Shown here piece by piece: positions 56,036-64,000 of a stretch of 64,000 bases of DNA; within the stretch, counting starts at the first letter, position 1; each line of letters starts with the position of its first letter. The position numbers and the translations under genes were made by a program. Source of the DNA: Balanoglossus misakiensis (taxonomy: Eukaryota > Animalia > Hemichordata); NCBI GenBank assembly GCA_040954595.2, contig JBECUI020000037.1, forward strand, positions 78,805 to 142,804. Direction: 5' to 3'. The notes under the pieces were generated by a model. That model was given only the letters and a program-made list of their open reading frames with translations, ran no database searches and was not told the DNA's origin.

Positions 56036-58447
56036 ATGATACGGAATGCTGTATTGATAGGATTATTTCCTTTTGCTTTGCTTGCCGAACAGTTGACTGG
56101 AAGAATTGTAGCAGACGGTTATGAAGTTCCTGATGCGAATGTTGTTCTCATGGAACTTGATGAGGTAGTAATAAGTAATGAAGACGGATCCTTTGTTTTT
56201 GAAAATGTTGCAGCAGGAGATTATACACTTAAAATTATCGCATCCGGCTTTGCAGATAGGGATTTTCTTGTAACAATTCCTTCCAACGAGCTTTTTCTTG
56301 ACATACAGAACGCGGAAGAGTTCATTGAGGGAGATTTTGAAGATGAGATTATAGAAGAGGTTATTATTATTACTGCTACAGCCGAGGAGCTTGCGGATTC
56401 TACCCGTCGAAAAGTATCCCGCGTAGAGGTACAGTCTCTTCCCATTCCTAATAACAACCCCTTCAACCTCGTTTTTTCCGATCCCGGCGTTACTCCTGAA
56501 GAACCGGTAATAGGACCTCCTTTTGTTATTTCGCCTGCCGAGGGAAGTATCTATGCACGAGATTCTACTTTCTCCGTGTACGGTGGCGATATATCGTGGA
56601 ATAAATACTATTTTAATAGTATACGTATCCCAACAAATTATCATCCGGCAAATCCCCTAACTTCAGTTATTAGCAGGGAAGCGGTTGGAACACTGGTGAG
56701 TTATAAAGGAATACCTCCGGGTGGATACAGCCCTACATTGGGAGCAAGTATCATTATTGAGCCAAACAAGGCCGAGAAGGATAACCTTCTTCTTGTAGGT
56801 ATCAGTCTTATTGATCCGCGGCTTCTCTTGAACTATACCATCAACAAGAATTGGTCTGTCTTTACTTCAATTCGGCAGGCAATTTCGCCCCTGACCATCT
56901 CACCCCTTATTAATACAATAATCAAGAGCATGCCGTCCGACAATCCCCAAAACAATATTTTGGAGAGCATAATCTACGGAGATTTTATCTTTTCCACTGA
57001 TTATGAGGATGACAAAAATAGGGTTAATATTAGCTCCATTGTTTTCTACGACATTATTGATGCTGATAGTAAAGGCGTCGGTTCCGGTGATACCTACATT
57101 ACAATCTATGATCGTCCTATCTATGGGAGCGCCGGGCTTGCCTGGGATTCTTTTATTAGCGAATCGGGACAAATGCGCTTGAATTCATCCTTTTCTATTT
57201 ATAATGTTAAAAAAAAGTCGGATACCCTCCAAAACAATCTCTCATTTTGGTACGAAGGGGAATTAAAGGCCTATTATTATGACCTTGCAGGATCGGTACT
57301 ATGGGCTGTTGGGAAAAATCATGTTTTGGGGAGCGGCATTTCTGTTTCATACAATACCCTAACGCTAGCCCATAACTATTCTCTCCGTTCAGATGACCCT
57401 TTGTTTTTTATCAATATTAATGAGAAACTAACGTTTTCCGAAAATATTGTGGATACCCATGGCTATTTTGAATATACATTTCAGAATGAGCAAGTTCAGC
57501 TAAATATGCATGCGGCATTGAACTGGCTTGCTCTCCATAATTCGGTGCTTCCGTCTGTTCGTGGCAATGTTTTTTGGCAGTTTGCACCGCAATGGGCGTT
57601 CTCCCTGACGCCGAGTTGGGGGCCTGCTCTTCTCGAGGGCATACGTTTTTTGGATAGAAGACTTACGGAAGAGACGTATAGGATTGCCGGAGAGCAGACG
57701 GAAACAAACATCCCGCGTTCCAAGTATGGCGATCCGGTTCAAGGAACTACCGTAGCGGCCGAGTTACAGTGGACAGACAATATACATCGTATTTCCATCA
57801 TTCCGTATTTTGCCTATTACTACAATTTTAACGGTCTATTTCAGCCGCTCATGACGATGGATAGGAATCTTCTTGGTTCTTTTCTCATACCAATAGAAGG
57901 ATTAGCAGCAGGTGGGAGTCTGGAATGGGCATGGGAGAATGAACAAAATAGCATTCGAATTTCTTACACGGCGGCTATGGCGCTGTATCGCACAAAAAAT
58001 AATAATTGGGTCTCTCCGAAAAATGATTACCGCCATCAGTTCAAATTAGGGTATCTTCTTCGTCTTTCATCTGCTTTTAATTTTGGCATTACTACGAGTG
58101 CCTATTTTGATCGTCCCTTTACGCCGTATACCATTGTAGATGACGGCAATGGTGGTACTCAAAAAGAGTACGGAAACCCCTTATCAGCACGGGCTTTTTT
58201 ACCCGTTTTAAGTTTGATCTTTAGTATGAACGGAACGATTGTCGACCGAGAAGATCTACGGGTAGATTATCGATTTTCTCTTGGAGATCTGCTTTCGGGG
58301 TTAATTATTGTTGATAATAAATTGAAAGAGAAGATCGGCGCTTCAACTGGGAATCAAGAAGATCGTACTACCTCCGTTGATTATATTACAGCCGCACTTG
58401 GTTCTCGCGGGTTAGATATCGCATTCGAGGTGATTATAAAATTATAG
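56036..58447 (+). CDS. TonB-dependent-receptor-like outer membrane protein with N-terminal carboxypeptidase-regulatory-like domain
   Basis: LTGRIV..VPDANV...DGSFVF.NV.AG.YTL domain, plug-like segment (PGV...GG...N.Y), beta-strand-rich remainder. Confidence 0.7.
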   Translation: MIRNAVLIGLFPFALLAEQLTGRIVADGYEVPDANVVLMELDEVVISNEDGSFVFENVAAGDYTLKIIASGFADRDFLVTIPSNELFLDIQNAEEFIEGDFEDEIIEEVIIITATAEELADSTRRKVSRVEVQSLPIPNNNPFNLVFSDPGVTPEEPVIGPPFVISPAEGSIYARDSTFSVYGGDISWNKYYFNSIRIPTNYHPANPLTSVISREAVGTLVSYKGIPPGGYSPTLGASIIIEPNKAEKDNLLLVGISLIDPRLLLNYTINKNWSVFTSIRQAISPLTISPLINTIIKSMPSDNPQNNILESIIYGDFIFSTDYEDDKNRVNISSIVFYDIIDADSKGVGSGDTYITIYDRPIYGSAGLAWDSFISESGQMRLNSSFSIYNVKKKSDTLQNNLSFWYEGELKAYYYDLAGSVLWAVGKNHVLGSGISVSYNTLTLAHNYSLRSDDPLFFININEKLTFSENIVDTHGYFEYTFQNEQVQLNMHAALNWLALHNSVLPSVRGNVFWQFAPQWAFSLTPSWGPALLEGIRFLDRRLTEETYRIAGEQTETNIPRSKYGDPVQGTTVAAELQWTDNIHRISIIPYFAYYYNFNGLFQPLMTMDRNLLGSFLIPIEGLAAGGSLEWAWENEQNSIRISYTAAMALYRTKNNNWVSPKNDYRHQFKLGYLLRLSSAFNFGITTSAYFDRPFTPYTIVDDGNGGTQKEYGNPLSARAFLPVLSLIFSMNGTIVDREDLRVDYRFSLGDLLSGLIIVDNKLKEKIGASTGNQEDRTTSVDYITAALGSRGLDIAFEVIIKL

Positions 58448-58457
58448 CCTTTCTTTG

Positions 58458-59222
58458 TTATTCATTCATTTCTTTGATGTGGTTATAAACCCAGGTAAAT
58501 AGACCGACAGTTCTACTGTTAAAACTGTTTCGGAGACGAGAGGGGGCAAATGCCGTAATATTGGATGTTTTTACTCCACCAATGGCATAGGCTATAACGC
58601 CTGAGGGGATAACGACAACATCAATATTCATAAACAGATGCCCCGATTCTGCCATGGTAAAAATTTGATATTTCAGCGGATCGTGGTTTGTCGCATTGTA
58701 ATTTATATGATGAGGGCTGTGTACAGCAATAAAAACTTCCGAAGCATATGTTTCGAAGGGGGGAGATACCTGTTGAATAAAGAATCCGCGTGAGACCATT
58801 TTTTCCGATAATAGGTCTTTATGCTGAGCTCGTGTTTTGAGATTACTAATGACGTACGATGATGTAAATAGTATTTCAACCGCATTATTTCGATAGGGTT
58901 TGACGTATTCCAAACCAGTAAGGGCACTGGGTTGGCTAAAAAAGTCATAAAAACTTTTTATGACTTTGTCCTGATCTATTGATGGAAAATACAGTAATGC
59001 CTCTACCGTTACACGTGGTTTCAATTTTTTAAATTGCTGGATCTTCTTTGCAACAGCCGAATTATTAAATGCCAGTGCACCCATAGTTTCAAGGTCCACT
59101 TCTTGTATTATCAATCCTTTCTGTTGGAGTTCAGCAAATGTATCTGTATCGACCATGTTCTGTGGTACCTGTGCCAAAAGCAAATAGGGGATCAATAACA
59201 TTGCACCTGTTACGTATTTCAT
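58458..59222 (-). CDS. Hypothetical secreted protein (DUF6675-like, tentative)
   Basis: Signal-like MKYVTGAMLLIPYLLLAQ; S.LTGLEY and SFNSR..LF.W motifs. Confidence 0.6.
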   Translation of the reverse strand: MKYVTGAMLLIPYLLLAQVPQNMVDTDTFAELQQKGLIIQEVDLETMGALAFNNSAVAKKIQQFKKLKPRVTVEALLYFPSIDQDKVIKSFYDFFSQPSALTGLEYVKPYRNNAVEILFTSSYVISNLKTRAQHKDLLSEKMVSRGFFIQQVSPPFETYASEVFIAVHSPHHINYNATNHDPLKYQIFTMAESGHLFMNIDVVVIPSGVIAYAIGGVKTSNITAFAPSRLRNSFNSRTVGLFTWVYNHIKEMNE

Positions 59223-59295
59223 GTAAACTATTATAATTAATTGGTTATGTATTATGCAAGATTTAGCATAATAGGATGAATACTGAGATTGATGG

Positions 59296-60650
59296 ATGAA
59301 ACAGCAACGGATTGAATTATTAACTCTGCTAGGTGAATTAATATGCTTTGAATTGGCCTTGGTTATTACCATCTTCATTCGGTATGACAGTAATGTTTTT
59401 TTACAGCAGTATTTCCTCCACCTTTTGCCGTTCAATATCCTGTTTTTTCTGTGGTTGCTGGTATCATATACGAGCGATTTTGTAAACTAGATGCCTTTAC
59501 CATATATCCACGGCGATATTTGTTGATTCTCACGATATACCTGAGTATTTCGGTACTCTTTTTCTACATTTTCCCGGATTTCGGCATAGCCCCGAAGACC
59601 AACCTTGTTATACCAGTTGTATTTTCAGGAATTCTATCTTATTACTGGAGAGAATTGTTTAAAAGCATTATAAATCATCTGAGCATTTTTCGTGTACTGG
59701 TATTTATTGCTCGCAAGCAATCTACCTTTGAATTGGCAAAAAAGATATATGATACGCCCCACCTTGGATTTACTGTTAATGCAATACTATGTGATGAAGA
59801 AGATATTCCGGCATACATTCGCGAGACGGATATTCTTATTTTTCATACCATGGAAGAGTTTATTGAGTATTGCAGGAATACAAATATCTATGCGGTAGCT
59901 ATTGAAGATCCGCAACATCTGCGTAAATTACTGCATGTTTTTCTCACTTGGCGTATTAAGTTATATCATATTTCAACGTTATGGGCAGAGATAGATGAAA
60001 GCATTCCCATATATGATGTAGATGACCATTTGCTTCTTCACCAGCTCGGGGTTGATGTGAACAAATCTGTTTACTTAGTTGTTAAACACTTCTTGGATTA
60101 TATATTTGCGCTTTGTTTACTTCCTTTTATTTTGCCGATAGCTTTTATTCTTGCTATAGCAATACGGATAAGTAGTCGAGGTCCGATACTGTATCGACAA
60201 ATTCGGATGGGACAATATGGGAAACTCTTTTACATCTATAAATTTCGCAGTATGACTGCAGAAGCAGAGGCAGACGGTCCACAATGGTCTCCCCCGCAGG
60301 ATCCTCGTATTACCAAACTGGGTGCATTTCTTCGGGCAAGTCATCTTGATGAATTGCCACAGATTATCAATGTCCTGGTTGGCGATATGTCTTTTATTGG
60401 ACCACGTCCAGAGCGTCCCGAGTTTTTGGAAGAGCTGTCGCGAGAAATTCCATGTTATCCAATCCGCCATTTGTTGCGTCCAGGAGTATCTGGATGGGCA
60501 CAGGTCAAGCTTCCGTATTGTGCGACAATTGAAGAAGTAGCAAAACGTACATCGTATGATTTTTATTATATCAGGCATTTTTCGGTAATGCTGGATATCC
60601 GGATATTTTTTAAGACTTTATTAAGAATTTTTAGTAGGAAAGGACGGTAA
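59296..60650 (+). CDS. Polyprenyl glycosylphosphotransferase (sugar transferase, WcaJ/WbaP family), one frameshift near 59480
   Basis: N-terminal TM helices; KFRSM, DPRITKLG.FLR..LDELPQ..NVL.GDMS.IGPRPE and RPGVSGWAQV. Confidence 0.9.
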
Positions 60651-60658
60651 GGATATTT

Positions 60659-62143
60659 ATGCGACGGATATTCGGCCTGCTATTTCTATCAGTTTTCGTT
60701 TGTTATGGTTGGGGTGTATCATATGAAATAAGAACAGTTGATTTTATTATTGACGGCAGAAGTACGGAAGAGGGAATTCGTGCTATTGTAGAAGAATTGG
60801 AAGTAGGAAAAACGTTTGAAAGTGAAGATGACTTTCTACAATTTATTTTAGAACAGAAACAAATTCTCTCTTCTGTGCGTACAATTGCCCTTGCTTATGT
60901 TGAATATACATCGGAGATAGTGGGCGATGATTATTATATGGCAGATGTTATTGTCTATATCTATGATACGTGGAATGTTGTTATACTTCCGTACTTTAAG
61001 TACGACACCAATACCGGGCTTACCTTGAGCATGCGCGTGCGCGACTATAACGTGTTTGGACAGCAGGGGGTTCTTGCTTTTGATTTAGATTACGACTATA
61101 CGAGAGCAAATACACATGGATTTCGTACCGAACTTCGGCTGGATACTCCTCTTAGATTCTCGGGCTTACATTTTGAACTATTATTTGAACAGACTGTCGA
61201 GTATTATGTTAATGAGGGACTAACAAATAATACCATAGCGGGCATACAGTATAATCTACCGCTTGCTGATCATACGATGTTCTTTGGGTATCATCAACAA
61301 ATATTTTATACGCAGAGACGAATTGAGTATGATGATACCTACTTTGGGCGCAGCTATCCCTTTCTCGGCGCACTAATTGATACGAAGATTGATGTTCCCG
61401 CAATGGGGGTTGTTACCTATGAGCCCAAGATTGCTGTAAACGTTTATTATAGCTTTGGTGATATCCTTTCCCCTACGAATCAGAGCCCAATTTTGGAACT
61501 GAGTAATAATTTTGTTATTGGTGAGTTGAGTTGGGTAGATAACTTTCGCACAGGGATGATGCTTGAGCTGCACAATTTCAATTATTATAAGCCAATCGCT
61601 ATTGATATGACTGCCATGGAGGTTCTTCAGGCACGTTCGCGGAATAGTCAACAGGTTACTAGTGTTTGGGATATTGAAAACACGGTAACGTTTACCGGGT
61701 TTTGGGCATTTTCGCTGTTTGCTGTCGGACATCGCGCGGTTATTCGTTATGCCCCCTATACTCCCATTGCCGAACCGGGCAGTTATCTTCGGGGTATCTT
61801 AAATGATGGTTTATTTAAAAACACGGGCAAGTTTGGCATGTTTTTTAATACCGATTTTACCATTCTTCTGTTCAGGGTTCCGCGAGCAGTAGAAGGGCAT
61901 ATGACTATCTTTTTTGACTGGGGTCTCGTATATGATCCCAATACTGTTTTTAAGGCAAAGCAGGATATTCGTTATGCGATAGGGATTGAGGGAATGCTTT
62001 TCCCCTTCTTTGCCCGTAGTTTCTATATTCGAGCGTCCTTTGGTATAAGCATTGATTCAATTATAAACAATACGACAAGTAGCGCCTGGGACCGGTTTTG
62101 GTCAAGCAGGGAGCTGTTCATTGGTGTGGGGCATCACTTTTAG
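60659..62143 (+). CDS. Outer-membrane beta-barrel protein (Omp85/BamA-like architecture, tentative)
   Basis: Signal peptide, POTRA-like N-terminus followed by DTWN..LPYFKYD.N.G...RDYN.FG, terminal aromatic FIGVGHHF. Confidence 0.6.
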   Translation: MRRIFGLLFLSVFVCYGWGVSYEIRTVDFIIDGRSTEEGIRAIVEELEVGKTFESEDDFLQFILEQKQILSSVRTIALAYVEYTSEIVGDDYYMADVIVYIYDTWNVVILPYFKYDTNTGLTLSMRVRDYNVFGQQGVLAFDLDYDYTRANTHGFRTELRLDTPLRFSGLHFELLFEQTVEYYVNEGLTNNTIAGIQYNLPLADHTMFFGYHQQIFYTQRRIEYDDTYFGRSYPFLGALIDTKIDVPAMGVVTYEPKIAVNVYYSFGDILSPTNQSPILELSNNFVIGELSWVDNFRTGMMLELHNFNYYKPIAIDMTAMEVLQARSRNSQQVTSVWDIENTVTFTGFWAFSLFAVGHRAVIRYAPYTPIAEPGSYLRGILNDGLFKNTGKFGMFFNTDFTILLFRVPRAVEGHMTIFFDWGLVYDPNTVFKAKQDIRYAIGIEGMLFPFFARSFYIRASFGISIDSIINNTTSSAWDRFWSSRELFIGVGHHF

Positions 62144-63023
62144 ATGTTTCATTGATAGGCTTGCGTGGTCGTATTGTTTCCAGAATATCCCAGGTCAGAT
62201 CTCGGTCGTTTAAGCTATAAATATGTACGGAAATCCCAGCGTTATATAATTCGATAGCCTGTTCTATAGCCCATGCGGTACCAACCGCACGGACATTATC
62301 TGCTGTTGAGCAGTTATATATTCGTGAGAGTAGTTGTGCGGGGATATGTGCTCCTGCTGCCAGTTCTGCCATGCGATTCATCTGTTTTATACTGGTAATG
62401 GGCAGGATGCCGGCGGATATTGGTACGGTAATGCCAGCCAGACGGCAGCGTTCGAAAAAATCAAAAAAATCGTGGTTGTCAAAGAAGAGCTGGGTAACAA
62501 TATAGTCAGCTCCAGCTTCAATCTTATTCTTCAAGTACTCTATTTCTTTTAAGCGGTTCGGGCATTCATGATGTCCCTCTGGAAAACCAGCTACGCCGAT
62601 TCCCATGGTGGGGAAGGTGGTTCTAATATACTGAACCAGTTCATAGGCATAGGTAAAGTAATTTTCGGATGTACTGTTGTCTTCTTCTAGGTCATCCCCC
62701 CGTAGGAGCAATAAATTCCTGATTCCAGCATCCCTGTATGCAGCAATAAGGTCGTACATGGCTTGTTTCCCAATATTTACACAGGTTACATGCGCTACAA
62801 CTGGTATGGTATACCGGGTCCTAATTTCTTTAACAAGCACCTGTGTGGGATTACCAACCATTCCGCCGGTTCGTTGGGTTACACTGATATAATCAGTTAT
62901 GCCTTGTAGGTCTGCAATAGTTTCGTATAAGGCGGTATAATTACTTGCCTTTTTCGGAGGAAAGAATTCTACACTTAATAAAGGGAAGGGGGATGACTGA
63001 AGTAGTTCTGCTACAAGCGCCAT
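62118..63023 (-). CDS. metF: 5,10-methylenetetrahydrofolate reductase
   Basis: SVEFFPPK, LLLRGD, AGFPEGH, KIEAGADYIVTQLFFD and GILPI. Confidence 0.95.
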   Translation of the reverse strand: MALVAELLQSSPFPLLSVEFFPPKKASNYTALYETIADLQGITDYISVTQRTGGMVGNPTQVLVKEIRTRYTIPVVAHVTCVNIGKQAMYDLIAAYRDAGIRNLLLLRGDDLEEDNSTSENYFTYAYELVQYIRTTFPTMGIGVAGFPEGHHECPNRLKEIEYLKNKIEAGADYIVTQLFFDNHDFFDFFERCRLAGITVPISAGILPITSIKQMNRMAELAAGAHIPAQLLSRIYNCSTADNVRAVGTAWAIEQAIELYNAGISVHIYSLNDRDLTWDILETIRPRKPINETSKSDAPHQ

Positions 63024-64000
63024 TATTGTTTCGATATTTCTTGTTGTAAGGAATATACTTGATTAGTATCAACTTGTTCCCATGTAAATTCAGGTCGTCC
63101 AAAATGACCGAAGACAGCGGTTTTTACGTACTGTACTTTACTACTGTCAATAAGGGAGAGGCCATTGATAATGCCTGTTGGCGTACAATCAAAAATTTTC
63201 GGTATTACCTGTTCAATTGTTTGTTCAGGTACAACAGCAGTGCCAAAACAATCTACACCAATGCTAACTGGTTCTGCGATACCAATGGCATAGGCAAGGG
63301 AAACTTCACAGGTCGTTGCAAGGTCGGCTGCAACAATTGTTTTTGCTATGCGTCGTGCCATGTACGAAGCGGAACGGTCAACCTTACTGGGGTCCTTGCC
63401 ACTAAATGCCCCCCCGCCATGGCGGCTTATTCCTCCATAGGTATCAACCATTATCTTCCTTCCCGTCAATCCAGTATCTGCCTGAACACCACCAATAACA
63501 AACTTGCCAGTCGGATTAATATGGTATATTACGTTTTTATCCAGCAAACCGGTCGGTTCTAATACTGGACGGATAATCTGCTGAATAATATCCTCCCGTA
63601 TCGTGCTATGGTCTATCCCTTCTGTATGCTGTTGGCTAAAGACAACGGTTTGAATTGATTTGGGTTTACTGTCCTCGTATAACACGGTTACTTGGCATTT
63701 TCCATCCGGTAAAAGGTAGGGAATTTGTTTAGAATGACGCAGTTCTTTTGCCTGAATCATTAGTTTATGTGCATACATAATAGGAGCGGGCATACATTCG
63801 GGAGTTTCGCGACATGCGTATCCGTACATTATGCCTTGGTCACCAGCTCCTTGCTTTTTTCCATTCTGTCTATCTACACCGCGGGCAATATCTTTGCTCT
63901 GCTCGTTAATAGACGACAAGATTGCGATAGATTTACCTGAAATTCCGTGATATCCAATACGGTTAATTAAAGACTGTGCAATGGTTTGAATATCAATATA
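63023..64000 (-). CDS. metK: S-adenosylmethionine synthetase (5' end outside the window)
   Basis: EQSKDIA, GAGDQG.MYGYA, PDGKCQV, GLTGRKI.VDTYGG...GGGAFSGKDPSKVDRS. Confidence 0.97.
   Translation of the reverse strand, partial: YIDIQTIAQSLINRIGYHGISGKSIAILSSINEQSKDIARGVDRQNGKKQGAGDQGIMYGYACRETPECMPAPIMYAHKLMIQAKELRHSKQIPYLLPDGKCQVTVLYEDSKPKSIQTVVFSQQHTEGIDHSTIREDIIQQIIRPVLEPTGLLDKNVIYHINPTGKFVIGGVQADTGLTGRKIMVDTYGGISRHGGGAFSGKDPSKVDRSASYMARRIAKTIVAADLATTCEVSLAYAIGIAEPVSIGVDCFGTAVVPEQTIEQVIPKIFDCTPTGIINGLSLIDSSKVQYVKTAVFGHFGRPEFTWEQVDTNQVYSLQQEISKQ

Overview
Bacterial chromosomal window, most likely from a Spirochaetia member. The taxon is inferred from spirochaete-type lipoboxes, a DUF2259-like gene, an archaeal-type ProRS and an 'FAxGxxE'-type binding-protein signal. 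Positions 1-22.5 kb form an island of very large surface lipoproteins that share N-terminal FN3 domains: two tandem ~3.8-kb copies of an FN3/Ig/PKD/DUF285(BspA-like) gene on the minus strand and two giant FN3/Ig/GLUG genes on the plus strand. A fifth family member with Big repeats lies at 35.8-45.2 kb. The most unusual feature is a non-coding mosaic repeat of ~152-156 bp. It forms a 7-unit tandem array (15030-16040) between the two giant genes and occurs as single copies upstream of each duplicated gene. Its left and right modules are reassorted around a CTGTTTG(A/C)TT junction, and the 3.8-kb duplication breakpoint falls at that same junction. A G21 tract sits just upstream of a consensus-like sigma70 promoter. 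Together these suggest a repeat-mediated surface-protein shuffling or variation system, but no recombinase is encoded in the window. The rest contains transporters, hydrolases, tRNA-Ser(TGA), housekeeping genes (proS, nadE, lysA, metF, metK) and a small low-GC restriction-modification/GIY-YIG insertion. Many genes in 1-6.3 kb and 22.7-37.3 kb are split by single-base indels that look like assembly errors.
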